A stretch of DNA of 64,000 bases from Podarcis erhardii. Its lineage: Eukaryota. Below the pieces are notes generated by a model. The model worked only from the letters and a program-made list of their open reading frames with translations. It was not told where the DNA came from and did not search any database. The stretch is from the NCBI GenBank assembly GCA_964252035.1, contig OZ176201.1; one strand, written 5' to 3'. Shown in pieces: positions 1 to 12,719 of this stretch (its first letter is position 1; each line of letters opens with the position of its first letter). The translations under genes and the position numbers were made by a program.

Positions 1-75
1 GGGATTCGAACCGCCGACCATACGATTGGCAAGCCCTAGGCACTGAGGTTTTACCCACAGCGCCACCCACGTCCC
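1..75 (-). mobile_element. 5' head of Sauria-type tRNA-derived SINE (cut by window edge)
   Basis: Reverse complement GGGACGTGGGTGGCGCTGTGG...GGTTCGAATCCC has Pol III A/B boxes; same head as the copies at 7420, 23702 and 34485. Confidence 0.85.
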
Positions 76-249
76 CCAAGTAGCAATAATTCCATACAAT
101 TAAAGAACTTGCTATCCCAGGTCTCCTTATCCCATGATTCTGCTCACTGTAATACTGTTGCACACACCTCAATTCAGTTTCCTTGCAGTGAAGGTCACGA
201 TTCACTGGTGATTTTATGATTTAGTATAACAAAATAACAACAACAAAAA

Positions 250-366
250 ATTATTATTATATACTGTAAATCCCTCCGACTTGGCTGGGTTTCCCCAGCC
301 ACTCTGGGCGGCTCCTAAGAGAATCAAAAGCACAATAAAACATCAAACATTAAAAACTTCACTAAA
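250..366 (-). mobile_element. L2-type LINE extreme 3' fragment
   Basis: Matches the 3' end of the L2 copy at 32745-33441 (GGCTGGGTTTCCCCAGCCACTCTGGGCGGC), with a short TTA tail. Confidence 0.75.
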
Positions 367-1384
367 TGACATTAACACTTGAATAGATCTTGCTTCCCCA
401 TTAAGCTTCTCCAAACCCAAAGCTATGGATTAAGCACACAGAGAAAGTCAGGCCTCCTGTCTTTTGGCAGCTTCAGCCCAGACTAAAAATTGTGACTAGC
501 TCTTGGCTAGTCTCCTACCTACAATATGTCATCTCTTCCTGGAAGCACCATTAGCTTCTTGTTCCTATTGCAACATGGCCAACTCTCTATTCTTGTAACA
601 AAAAAGGTGCTTAGCAGCCCAGCTAGGGCTGTTAACTTAAAAAACAAAAAAACTGCTTTGGCCAGTTCAGCAGTTCCTTCTACCACAGACTACAGTTTTA
701 TAGATTAAAAAAATATCACAGACTGGTTGGGATCCACAGGCATTAGCCAAACCAGCCACCCAATCCTATAGCAATACTCTACCATCTCCATTAAGATAAA
801 TAGTTGCATACCTGGTCTGTGTTAGACATGAATCCAAGTTGTAAGTAGGAAGTATTTGCTATTGCATCATATTAGCTAGTTTTGGGTATTTGTGTATGTT
901 AATATTAATACTAGATGGTTGTACACAGGGCATTGAAGCAATTGCCTCCAGCTTTTTCCAACCCAGCACCCAGGCATACATTTTGGGGAACAATTTCTTA
1001 ATTTCTGGGGTGGTAGTGCTGCTTTTGCAAACCAACTTAGATCAGGCCATGTTAGTGTGTCCCTCCCCACCAGTTGAAGACCAATGCATTAAATACATTA
1101 TAAATTTATTGGGTGTATTACTTTTCTGTTCTCCTGGAGGTAACGCCCGCATTTTCTGTCTCTGGCATCAAACCGTATTGTAGCTAAAAAGAGAATTGGT
1201 GAATTTTATTTTATATCAAGGTGGCTTAGAAATCAGAACGGAATCACAAACAAGTCAGTATTAAATGCAAACATTAAGAAGCAGCCGATAAATGGAACGT
1301 GTCTCCTAGCTCAGCACCGTCCATTACAGAAGAGATTACAGCTTGCTCAATTACAATTGCAATCCATAGGTTGAACATCAGCTT

Positions 1385-1453
1385 GCCATGGACATCCGTC
1401 TGGTCACTATGAGAACGAGATGTTGGACTAGATGGGCTTTGGGACCCATCCAG
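1385..1453 (+). mobile_element. CR1-type 3' UTR remnant
   Basis: CACTATGAGAACGAGATGTTGGACTAGATGGG resembles the reverse complement of the 3' end of the CR1 copy starting at 8902. Confidence 0.4.
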
Positions 1454-1539
1454 AATGGGCTCTGCTTGCGATCTCATCACCTGCCGCCTCTTCCACACAA
1501 ACACGCAGGAGAGAGCAAGGTCCCGGCCAGAGCCCGTGA

Positions 1540-1960
1540 AAGCTCGGCCTCCGGACGCTAGGGGTCGCTGTGTCCGGCTGGCGGAAAAGCGGGTGACGGC
1601 CCCTTCCTTCCGCTTTCTGCGTAGCGCGGTTCATTTCCGCTTCACTTATTCCTTCGGAAATGGCTGCCGCTGCTGCCGCCGCCGCTAAGCCTTGAGGGAT
1701 CAAGTCAGGAAGGAGGAGGAAGAGGCCGCGATGGGTCGCGAGTCCAGGTGAGCCGGGAGGCCTTTGCGGGAGCGGGTCGGGCCCTGCCCGCGTTGGCCTT
1801 TCCGTCAGGGACAAAAGTGGCCGGCCCCTCGGGGAGGCCCTTCGCGGGGCCGCGTCAGGGGGAGCCGCGCGGGAGGAAGGCCCTTCGGGGGTCGCGAGGT
1901 TCTCCACGAGCTTCTCGCCGTCGGGAGTGTCGCAACTGCCAAACGAGCCGGGACTTTATT
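1540..1960 (+). promoter_or_regulatory. DDX46: CpG island / DDX46 promoter and exon 1
   Basis: GC- and CpG-rich block in AT-rich background; several CGGAA/TTCCG ETS-like cores; Inr-like TCATTTC at 1631-1637; YY1-like AAATGGC at 1658-1664. Confidence 0.85.
1731..1747 (+). CDS. DDX46: DDX46 exon 1 (MGRES)
   Basis: GCCGCGATGGGTCGCGAGTCCAG|GTGAG; 17 nt. Confidence 0.93.
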
Positions 1961-2317
1961 TCAGACACTTTCATAGAGTCCGTCTGAAATAATAAGTCCG
2001 TCTATATTATAGTGATTTACAACTTTAGACGGGGCATCATCAGGGCAGTTTTTCGCTCTGCTTCTCTGTTATGTGTTTGAGGCGGCTGATGGCCGGCCTT
2101 CTCCCCGCCCCACCCCCGGACAGGAATGTTTCTGTCCCTGGGTTTGAACCCACCTCATCCCCAGGCCAGGGGTCGATAGCAGTAGCTTCAACGACCCAAC
2201 AGGATGGTTTTCTAAATATGAATTTCATCCAGAAAGGGCAATGCCACATATTTCCCATGCAAGGTTGGATTAATTTTGGTGTCCATGAGATCAGTTCTAC
2301 TCAATTGTAATAAAATA

Positions 2318-2559
2318 CAGTGGTACCTCGGGTTAAGTACTTAATTCGTTCCGGAGGTCCGTTCTTAACCTGAAACTGTTCTTAACCTGAAGCACCACTT
2401 TAGCTAATGGGGCCTCCTGCTGCCGCCGTGCCGCTGGAGCACGATTTCTGCTCTTATCCTGAAGCTAAGTTCATAACCTGAGGTACTATTTCTGGGTTAG
2501 CGGAGTCTGTAACCTGAAGCGTCTGTAACCTGAAGTGTGTGTAACCCGAGGTACCACTG
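2318..2559. mobile_element. Tc1/mariner (pogo/Tigger-like) MITE, family A
   Basis: TIR CAGTGGTACCTCGGGTTA...TAACCCGAGGTACCACTG; TA on both sides; internal TAACCTGAAG repeats. Confidence 0.92.
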
Positions 2560-2686
2560 TATGCAAAATGAAACCCCCTCTCTGCTTATTAATTTCTAAT
2601 TTGTTGCTGCTTCTCACCTTTACCAGGCCATTAGTTATCCAGACTGGCCATAATCCTCTGTAAATTGGGATGACCTGTGAATAACA

Positions 2687-2895
2687 ATTTTATTATTTCT
2701 ACCCTGCCCATCTGGCTGGGTTTCCCCACCCACTCTGGGCTGCTTCCAACAAAATATTAAAAATACATGAAAACATCAGTCATTAAAAACTTCCCTAAAC
2801 AGGGTTGCCTTCAGATGTCTTCTAAATGTTCATTTCTTTGACATCTGATGGGAGGGCGTTCCACAGGGTGGGCGCCACTACTGAGAAGACCCTCT
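2687..2895 (-). mobile_element. L2 3' fragment
   Basis: Reverse complement of the L2 3' end (AAACAGGGTTGCCTTCAGATGTCTTCTAAA...GTTCCACAGGGTGGGCGCCACTACTGAGAAG). Confidence 0.85.
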
Positions 2896-5097
2896 GGCAA
2901 GGTCAACTTTGTTCATTTTTAGAAGTTCAATATGTCATTAGCTGCCACTGTGTTACTGCTGTTAATCAATATTGGGATGAAACAGATTTGCAGGTTTATG
3001 GTAGTTAGGCTGAACCAAGGCTAGCAATGAATGGTTGTAGCATACCTGAGCCAAAATAATTTGTAGAGAGAGCCTTAATAGTGACTTGGCAGATTGCGTA
3101 TTTTTATTTTTCTCGGTTATATCTCATTCTTATTTTAGAGGAAGCTCAGGGCAACTTTTGTGGGGCCCACAGTAGTCTGTCAGGCACTGATCTAATCCAT
3201 CCCTGCTTAACATCATTACATCCTTGGAGGCTCTCAGACTGTTCACTGAACCAGTAACAATAACACAAGGCTGCTTCTTATGATTTTTGTTGTAGTACAT
3301 GGACACGAATACATAAGTAAAATTCAGTGTTGTACTATGACAAATGTTCCATCTGCACAACCATCACCAGACAGAATGATCTCCCTTCTTTCACCTGCAC
3401 ACTGTTCTGAAGGTTCTCCTGACTCCCCTTAAGCTAATTGGGGGGGGGTGCAGGGGGAAGCCTCATTAGGTCAATCCCACTCCGTGAGTTTAAAATGCAC
3501 ATTATCCAACAAGTATGAATTGTGCATGTGTGTGTTTTTAACTGTGATCCATACTAAAAATACATACAACCAGGTGATTGTGTCTCTACCTGCATGTATG
3601 TTGAAATGAAATAGTGTGTGTATTTTTATATGTATATGTTTTAATGGACAATGTGTGTATTTTGTGCTTGGGAATTCATAGCTGATTACTGACAATTCTT
3701 ATAATATTTGGACCTCTGACTTTTCCAACATCGCTATGGTTTGCCCTGGAAATTACTAATACTGTTGGAACAACTTCTGCAGATTGGTTGTCTTGTACAG
3801 GTGAAGCCTGGCCTCAAGGCAAATGGATTCCCATATTAGCCATTTCTTAAAAGCCAATGTAATGCTTCTTGGACCAAATGGAAGAAAACTCTTGACTGGC
3901 ATGGAACATGGTTTGAAGACTTATGTAATAAGCTTGTAATGACTTTCACAGTAACACATGGTTTCATGACATTAGGGAAAATCCCAGTATTGCATGGCAT
4001 GAGTCTGGACCATTTATGTCACATAGTGTGAAAGGTTTCATGCTGGTTTAGTAGAAGGTTTCACCTTGCTTATCTTAATCTCTCTCATTTCCTTAGATCA
4101 ACAAAGCAACAGGTGTCCAAACAAAAACAGTGAGTTACCCTATTTAAAATAATAGTTTTTGATCTCACACTTTCTAAGCTCAGATTACTATGTTAATGAT
4201 TGTGTTAATAAAGTTCTCATCCTTTTTCAGTATACCTGTACGGGGCCCAATTTAGATATTCACAGGGCCCCTATTCTTTTCTAACGTCTGTGGGTTCTTC
4301 CTGCTCAAGATGAAGTGCACTTGTTGCAAAGGAAGAAAACAGTGCTGGGACCTGCCGGTTTTTCATAGTACTACAAGATACAGTTCTTTAGTTTTTCTAT
4401 ATTTTCAGTTCCACAAAAGGTTTTAGCAAGATATTTATTTAGGTTGCAGTGTTTTAAGTAATACTTTACTCTTTTCACCCTATGTTTGATTTTCTTGGTA
4501 TGGTTTGCTTAGCAGCCTTAACTGTGTTATAGGGTGCTAGTGGCTCTTGAGAATGTTTGGCATGTATTTTGGATATTAACCCAATACTTCTAATTTATGA
4601 TATATGGTAGAGGGAAAGTACAAATTTTAACATTTTGGGCATAAAAATACTACTGTTTCTACTGCATTATTTCTCTCTACCCCATCTCAAAATTAAATAA
4701 TAGGCAATGCTGACATGAATGGCTGTCCCATTGTAATTTAGGGGCTGAGTATACAATTATCCAGAGATTGGATTGCTTGATCAAGCTGCCAACAAACGGA
4801 TAATGTTATCTTCTGACCTGATTTATAATCTACATGACATTACAGCCCTAGAAATTAACAGTGTTAATAGTTAGTTGCCTGGAAATGGTTCAAAGGATGT
4901 TAGTTTATCATTTATTTTTGCTTTTACTCACTGTTTTATTAATTCCTAAACTGCTTTCCTTCTGTTATTGTTATGCTTCTTTGCCTTGAGCCATGCTTCC
5001 ATTTGAAAAGGAAATACTTTACATACAAAATAATAGAGCTCGAAGAACTCTATTATTGTCAGCCCCTCTTATGAGTTCTGAATTTTATCTTATTTAA

Positions 5098-5210
5098 CGT
5101 ACTTTTCTGTGTATAACACGCTCAGTGTATAAGACGACCCCTATTTTTTGAGACTCCAAATTGAGGGGGGGTATTGCCCAGACTTATTGAGCTTTTTGGG
5201 GGGGGGGGAA
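5098..5210. mobile_element. Degenerate left end of a Tc2-like element
   Basis: CGTACTTTTCTGTGTATAACACGC...TATAAGACGACCCC resembles Tc2-type termini; no right TIR found. Confidence 0.4.
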
Positions 5211-5450
5211 CCAACAATCACTCACCTGCCTGTAAAGTAGATTAGACTAAGAGAGACCAGCCCACGCATGGTTGAGTGGGATTTGTAGCTGTGCCTCCTC
5301 AGTCCTTGTCCAGCATGTGAAGATAAGTCAAGAGCTAATTTTTAACCTTTTTAAAAGCTCTAAAGCTTGTATTCTTTGAAAACATCTGTGGTTGTGTATG
5401 CTAAACTCCAATTTTGGTGTTGTGTCTTGACCATTCTGTTGCTACCACAG

Positions 5451-5639
5451 GCATTATCGGAAGCGCTCCTCATCACGAGGGCGTTCTGGTAGCCGTTCTA
5501 AGAGTCGCTCTCCATCTGACAAAAGAGCAAAACGTGGAGATGATAGACGTTCTAGAAGCAGGGACAGAGAACGCAGGCGTGAAAGATCACGGAGCAGGGA
5601 CAAGAGGAGATCTCGGTCACGTGATCGAAAGCGTGTGAG
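5451..5639 (+). CDS. DDX46: DDX46 exon 2 (RS domain)
   Basis: cag|GCATTATCGG (RHYRKRS); GTGAG|gtaagc; 189 nt. Confidence 0.95.
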
Positions 5640-5942
5640 GTAAGCAATGGAAAATTGAATAACTTATTAAAACATTCCTCCCCTGGGAGATACTGGGTGT
5701 TTTCTGGTGAAAGAGGTTGCCTCTAACTAGATGATGTGTTCAGTAGGAAGTGTTCTCAGTTGGTCATTTTCCTTGAAAAGCTGTAATCATTGGTATTAAT
5801 GCTTGTCCTGTTTTCTTTTTAGATTACTAATGAAATCTTTTTAGATTACTAATGAATATTTTCTACTATCTCTCTTTTTAATGATTAAACTAGAAATAAT
5901 ATTTTGTTTACACAGTATTACCCAAAATCTGCTTGTGCGTAG

Positions 5943-6083
5943 GCGTTCACGAAGCAGAGAGCGGGAACGGAGCAGAGAGAGGAGACGATCACGCAGTCGA
6001 GAGAGAAGAAGATCCAGAAGCCGAAGTAGAGGGCGACGGTCCCGATCTTCTAGCCCTGGCAAGAACAAGAAAGTAGAAAACAG
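5943..6083 (+). CDS. DDX46: DDX46 exon 3 (RS domain)
   Basis: tag|GCGTTCACGA; AACAG|gtaatt; 141 nt; RSRSRERERS...KKVEN. Confidence 0.93.
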
Positions 6084-7419
6084 GTAATTGACATACTAAT
6101 GCATGCCATTTTGTTAAATATTTGAATACTTTAATAGAATAGCTGTAATTATGGTCAACTTTCTATAGACAAGTCATAAGAAAGTTTGAACTTACTCTGG
6201 ATAACCATGAATTAAGCATATACACAGAGAGGGAACTTGCCATCAGTACAGCTCATTTGAAGATTAGGAAAAAAATCCGGGGGGGGGGGAGTGTTTCATT
6301 GTGTGTGCTGTGAAGTAGTGATGGTGACATTGGAGCATCTCTGATAATGTGATGAGGGAGTTAGAGCTACCTTTTCTGTGACTTTGGGAAGGGAAAAAAA
6401 ACACTTTGATAAATACCAATGAGAGAAGAAGAATGTCCCTGGGTAGAGAGCAACATATAGGAAGGCATGGAGATAAGCATGGTAGAATAAAAAATAAGGA
6501 GGATTGTATTGAGTTTGTGAGGAATAGGGACAAGAGATTGAATATGAAGAAACAAGTGAGAAAATGAAGTGATTAGGGAAGAGCATTGGGGAAATATGCC
6601 TAATTGCTTCTGTATGGTATCCAGTTAATAAGTTCTTTTCTCCCTTCCCTCTGTCCTGGTGTGAACTGCAAGTAAATTTCTAATGCTTTTGCTGCAACCA
6701 TTAGCGCTAGAGATGAAATGCCAAGTTTCTGAAAATTCAGAGTCTGACATTAGAAGATTAATTGTTGGGAAATACTACATTATAGAGTCCTTTCCTTTAA
6801 CAAGTTTTATTACAATATTTCATTTGACTGCTTTGAAATCTACTTCACCACCACCACAGTGCCAAAAAGGAAGAGCCCCACATTTTTAAACATACGTTTG
6901 CCTCATCTGAACTTGGCATGATTGCAGCAGAAACTATCATGATAATAACAACCTTAAAATTTTGCTGAGATCCAGGACAGATGTTTTGCATTTGCCTTCT
7001 TCTTGGGTTTGACCTGCTGTTCCACTTTGGTGGACTTTCTCCTTTTAGAACTTTTATTTACCTCAGGCACTTCAGTTCTGTATTCTCTCCCTCTCTCTCT
7101 CTCTCCCCCCCCCCCAATTCCTAAGCTGTATCTACACATTTTTAAAGCAATCCCAATAAAAACAGCATGTATGGGCAGTGTTTATGTACACAGCATTGCA
7201 GAGAGTCAGCAAAGACACAAAACAGGAAATGTTGAGTATTGTGAGGGACATGTAATGCAGAGTACTTTTTGTATCTGGCTTCATAATGAGGAAACCATTT
7301 CTTCTTGTTGAGGTTCTTAACTTGTATCCAAAAACCTCCCTTCATCCTTCCTGACGGGGTTGGTGTTGCATACACTCTAATCTGTGTACTCCGGTGTTGT
7401 TACCTGTACCATTATGATA

Positions 7420-7769
7420 AAGGTAAAGGGACCCCTGATCATTAGGTCCAGTCTTGGCTCATCTCAATAAAGCGCTCATCTCGTTTTATTGGCCGAGGGA
7501 GCCGGCATACAGCTTCCGGGTCATGTGGCTAACATGACTAAGCCGCTTCTGGCGAACCAGAGCAGTGCACGGAAACACCGTTTACCTTCCCGCCAGAGCG
7601 GTACCTATTTATCTACTTGCACTTTGACGTGCTTTCGAACTGCTAGGTTGGCAGGAGCAGGGACCGAGCAACGGGAGCTCACCCTGTTGCGAGGATTCGA
7701 ACCGGCGACCTTATGATTGGCAAGTCCTAGGCTCTGTTATTTAACCCACAGTGCCACCCTCGTCCCCAG
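7420..7769 (-). mobile_element. Full-length Sauria-type SINE
   Basis: A/B boxes on the minus strand; CCTTTACCTT tail; perfect 11-bp TSD CCATTATGATA (7409-7419 and 7770-7780). Confidence 0.93.
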
Positions 7770-8901
7770 CCATTATGATAGGGAGCCCTTTATTTTTATT
7801 TTTCTGTAAATAATACTATGTAAGAAAAGATTTAGTTCTGTTACTTGTTTGTTGAGTAGCTGCTCTTTATAGAGAGAGTTGTGTGCCTGCTCCACCTAGT
7901 TATTGATCTTGGTGCTCTCGTTGCTGGGCACTGTGTTTATCTGCTGTTTTGGTATGCTGGGCTGCAAGAAAATGGCATTGGTGATTCTCTGGCCTCTCAG
8001 AAAATCAAACCATTCTTTATAACTTGTTCCTTTGGGGCCTCTGTGCTGCTATCACTACGTTTAGAAAACCTGAAGGAGTCCTCTTTGTTCTACAGATCTG
8101 CTTTCTCAAAATTAAAAACAGGTGTGTTAAATGAAAAGTATTGAGCAAGCATGTGGTCAAGGTATACAATAAAAATATGTAAGCCATTTCAGAAATATAT
8201 CCATCTAGCTTTATCAACCTTATTCTAAAGTCACAAAGATAATGTCTTGAAAGTTCAGTGACATAAACTGTTGTTTAAGATAAGCATATGGTTTTTGTTA
8301 AAACCTTTCAATGGGCTCTAAAGAGAACTTTATAAGATTTTACCAACCAAAATGATTTCTACATTTATAGCCAAGGGTTAGCACATGTTTGAATTGGATT
8401 TGTCCTTTTTGTGGGAGAAGAGGTGGGAATAATAAAAATCCATAATAAACATGATAAATGGCTTTCATATTGAAGCCAAGTCTGTCAGATTCTGAGGTAA
8501 GGTGTGTGTTTTAAAACATTCATTTTAGCCAGCAGTGACTCCTTGGAGGACACTAACACTTCCAAAGCAAGTGCTAAATCACTTAGTGAAACAAGCATTC
8601 GTTTTTAGTTGATTTGCACAAGCTGTTTCCTTCAAGGAGGTGTAAAATAAACACTGGGACTATTAGTTACGCGTAGGTATTCTGGAAATTAAATTTTCAA
8701 TAAGTGTTTGCTTTCAAAAAGAAAGAAAGAGAGAAAAAGAAAAAAAGATCAAAATGGAGCCTAACACTTGGTATATGCCTATAAATTGTAAATGTCTGAA
8801 ATTATGTGCATGATGAGATTAAGGCCAGGATCTAAAGAGGCAAATACAGAGCACTGCAGACAGTTTTCTTTTTCCTTTTGAAGCCCCTTGAGTCACATTG
8901 G

Positions 8902-9805
8902 CATAAGAAGGGCCTGGTGGATCAGGCCATCTTGTTCAGTGTCCTGCTCTCACCGTAGCAGCCATATGCCTATGGGAAGCCCACAAGCAGGGCATGTGCA
9001 AGAGCACTCTTCCCTCCTACGGTGTCTAGTAACTGATATTCCAAAGCATACTGCCTGTAATTGTGAAGGCAAAGCATAGCCATCATGGTTAGTAGCCAAT
9101 GGTTGTTTTTATTTTTTACTTCCATGAATTTGTCTAAGCTTCTTTCAGAATCATCCAAGTTGGTGGCCGTTACACCTTCCTGTGAAAGCAAATTCCATAG
9201 TTGAACTGTGTAAGGAAGACACTTTATTGTATCTTGAATATTCCAAAATTCAGCTTCATTGGGGGTTATGAGACAGAAAGAAAAATTTGTCTATCCACTT
9301 TCTTCATGATATGCATACTTTTATAAACTTCTGTCAGGCCTCCTCTTACTTGCTATTTCTCTGAATTAAAAAAAAATCCAAATACTTCAACTTTTCCTTA
9401 TAGGGGAGTTTTTCCATCCTCTTGATCATTTTGGTTGCCGTTTTCTGAACCCTATCCAACTCTAAATTATTCTTTTTGATGTGTGGTCACTAGAACTGTA
9501 CACAGTGTTCCTAATGTCTTCATACCAATAGCTTTGTGTAATGCTGTTATGATATCAGTAGTTTTATTTCCAGCTTCTTTCCTAATGAACCTTACAGCTG
9601 CCACACACTGGATCAACACCTTAATTGAACTATCCACTATAACCCCAAGGTCTCATTCCTGGTCAGTCGCTGCTAGTTCAGACCCCAGGAGCATATATGT
9701 GAAATGCATCACTTTATACTTGTACTCTAGATTGCTTATGAACAAGTTAAAAAGCACTAGTGTGTGGGGCAGTGGTATGCAGTAGGGCCTTTTCAGTGGG
9801 AGCTT
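8902..9805 (-). mobile_element. CR1 LINE 3' fragment, decayed and internally deleted
   Basis: Minus-strand peptides ATNLDDSERSLDKFME (CR1 ORF2 C-terminus-like) and LFNLFISNLE (RT-like); 3' UTR-type sequence at the left end. Confidence 0.8.
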
Positions 9806-10830
9806 CCACATTTTGGAAACACCTGTTTTTAGATGTGTGTCCAATGGCAGCTCTACATATATTTTGAAGTCATGCTAAGGTACAGCTTTTTACTCCAGCT
9901 TTTGGGAGTGTTTGGTTGTTTGTGATTGTATACTGGTTATGTTGAACTGAGTTTAGCTGTCATTATTTTATATTGTACTGTCTTTTTTGCTGTGTAGCCA
10001 GTTCTGTAACCTTGTGGTGTAGGGCAGGTAATAAATGCACCAAATAAGTAATAAATCCTCTCCAGCCAGCATGACAGTAGTTAGGGATGATGGGGTTCTA
10101 GTCCATCAATTTTTGGGGACTCAAGGTTGGGGGATGGTGCTTTAGATTATATTTTATGGCTGTAATGTTTTGCACATTTACTTGGGTGTGAATCCTGTTG
10201 AACATGATAGTCTTATTTTTTAATAAACAGGTTTGTATCTATCGAAATAAGCATGCTTATTGAACAAATTCTACTTGTTCAATGGAACTTCTCCCTCTTT
10301 TCCCCCTGTGTGCCCCTCCAAATCAGCTCTTAGGATTCTACAGTGCAAATCTCCTAATCTGGGAAAAGAGAGGGATGGGAATTTCTGTTACGTGAATGGA
10401 AGTCATTCTGTGAGTGCAATAACATTATTCCCAAACCTTTTGCGTTCCAGAGCACATTTAGGAAACTAAAACTATTACTTTCAGCACAAAATTCAGTATC
10501 CCACTTCATGTAAGAAAAAAAGGCAGTGCTCCGAACCCCCTCTCAGTGTGGGCAAAGCACCTGCACATATGCCAAAACAAACAGAATGCACAGGAAAGTA
10601 GCAGTCAGCTCACACCCAGCAAAAATTGAGAGAGGCAGGGGGCCTTGACAGGTGCAAAGACTGTGTTTGTGGGTGCCATGTTGGGGATTCCAGTGTTAAA
10701 TAATAATTTTCCATAGTTTATTATTACTTATGTGCGATACCATTTTTGTTTCCTTCACTACACCTAAAGCTTCTTAAGGGAAGCTGACATTCACCATCAG
10801 TCATATGCAACTCTTGATACTGTCTTTCAG

Positions 10831-10927
10831 ATCACGATCAAAAGAAAAGGTAGAAGGTGTGGAAGTTAACAAAGAAAAGAAAAAAGAGAAAGAGGACAAA
10901 GAAGAAGAAAAGGGTCAAGATGTAAAT
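10831..10927 (+). CDS. DDX46: DDX46 exon 4
   Basis: cag|ATCACGATCA; AAT|gtatgt; 97 nt; an alternative donor lies 6 nt upstream. Confidence 0.88.
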
Positions 10928-11444
10928 GTATGTATATTAACTATTGAAAAGTTTCATTGTTCAATAATGGGCACAATACTGTAGTTTATCGACTTCATAG
11001 TGTTTCTAATGCTGTATAAAGTCTTGTTTCTCTGCACGTAGCACAAACATCTGTTCTAAATCATCCTTCTGGACAGAATGTAGTGGCTCAATAGAGGACT
11101 TATAACAAGTAGAACATAAGCTACATTTGTGTTGTGACTGTGGGCATTTACTTACTGCTGCTGTAACAACAGTTTCTTGTAATTACAGTTTTGCAGCTGG
11201 AACCTGCTTGCTTTTTCCTATGTTCTGCTGCTTGTTTTGCTTCATTAGTGAATGAAACACAGTAGCTGTCCAAGGCACAGAATGGCAGTACTTAATTCTC
11301 CAAGAGAGTAGACTTGTATTGTTACACATGAGTTTCCCAAGATTTTATGTTGGATGTGACTGGCAATGTCTTGCATCTCCTTTTAGAAAAACAGAGTTCA
11401 TGTCAGTGATCAGTAACTGCATATGGTTGCTTTTTCTCCCTCAG

Positions 11445-11610
11445 AATTTCGATCAGAACAAACTAGAAGAGGAAATGAGGAAGCGAAAAGAAAGAGTAGA
11501 GAAATGGAGAGAAGAACAGCGCAAAAAAGCTATGGAAAATATAGGAGAACTAAAGAAAGAAATTGAAGAAATGAAGCAGGGGAAAAAATGGAGCTTAGAA
11601 GATGATGATG
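11445..11610 (+). CDS. DDX46: DDX46 exon 5
   Basis: NFDQNKLEEEMRKRKERVEKWREE...WSLEDDD; 166 nt; AG/GT. Confidence 0.96.
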
Positions 11611-11757
11611 GTATTAACTTCTTATGTAACTAACTGTGGGGAGGAAGCCTTTTTGTTGCTGTTGAACATGTGCAGATGTGGAAAATCATGTGCTGTACAA
11701 TGTCATATGTACTTTACTTTTTTGCATTCAAAGTGGTTAAGGGAGAGGGGAAGATAT

Positions 11758-12167
11758 GGGCTGCATTTGCATGTCATGCTAAGCCCAAACCATGGCCGAT
11801 AGTATGCAAATATGCAAACTCCCAAGGAGGAAATAACACCCGCTTTACTCCTTCCCAGACTTCTTAGTTTGCTACTGTGTAGCAGCTAAGCTGAGGTTTG
11901 GTTCAGTGTGTTGTCTGAACCCAGGATCATGGTTGAGGTCTCTCCTGAACTATTATATGTAGCCAAGGTTTGCAGTTACGGGTCCTAGTTAGATAGGGGA
12001 GACATTAGCCACAATCCTATATTCGGATGACACACTAAGCCAAACCTTGGCTTAGCTGCCATCCCATGCTGGGGAGGAGCAAAATAGGTGCACGCTCCTT
12101 GTTGGGAACCAGCATTTTTGCATTGTCATGATAAATCATTCATTGGTTTACAGTGATGTGCAAACCC
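11758..12167. mobile_element. Old Harbinger-like fold-back element(s)
   Basis: Inner inverted arms 11885-11919 and 12022-12056 (GCTAAGCTGAGGTTTGG / CCAAACCTTGGCTTAGC); degenerate outer inverted arms. Confidence 0.45.
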
Positions 12168-12719
12168 AGGCCATTGGGTTGGGCCCATGTTAAGCTTCTG
12201 AGCCTATATGAACTGACCCAGACCCTGTGATCATCATCCTTTGTGTGCCCCCTCCATGGGAGGTCCAGAGAGTGGCAACATAAGAATGGGCCTATTTTGT
12301 GGTGTATCCCTGTTTGTGGAATGCTGTCCCAAGGGCAGCTTGCCTGGTGCCTTCATTACATATCTTTAGGTACCAGGTGTAAATGTTTCTCTATAAGTAG
12401 GCCTTTGCCTGATTAAATATTCTATGGCCTCTTAAACATGTTTGTGGGAGGGGATTTGTTTTTATTATATTTATGTATTTGTGTTCTCATTTTCTATTTT
12501 TATGTTGTCAACCACTCTGTGATCTTTGGATGAATACAGTATACAAATATTATAATGATGATGATAAATGGATGCATGCAAGTGTTAAGAGTTTTCCAAG
12601 TTGTTTGGCAAGAAGAAACAATTTGATTCATTTGTTTATGAAAGCATGAATTGTAATTGTACAAGCTTCTTGTATCTCAGAATAGTATTAAATACTGTTA
12701 AAATCTCTTTTTGCATTAG

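Noticed and set aside
380-1270. Possible exon or 3' UTR of an upstream neighbour (CAMLG in human synteny)
   Set aside because: No recognisable coding sequence or convincing splice pair.
1428-1987. ORFs of 70-159 aa over the DDX46 promoter
   Set aside because: GC-rich island with few stop codons; low-complexity Pro/Arg/Ala translations; no recognisable domain.
2318-2559. Short internal direct repeats (TAACCTGAAG) as a CRISPR-like array
   Set aside because: Eukaryotic context, no unique spacers of regular length, and bounded by TIRs with TA duplication.
6954-7139. Lys-rich antisense ORF (KRRKSTKVEQQVKPKKKANAK)
   Set aside because: Vague resemblance to basic ribosomal or NLS peptides only; no convincing homology, exon context or retrocopy hallmarks.
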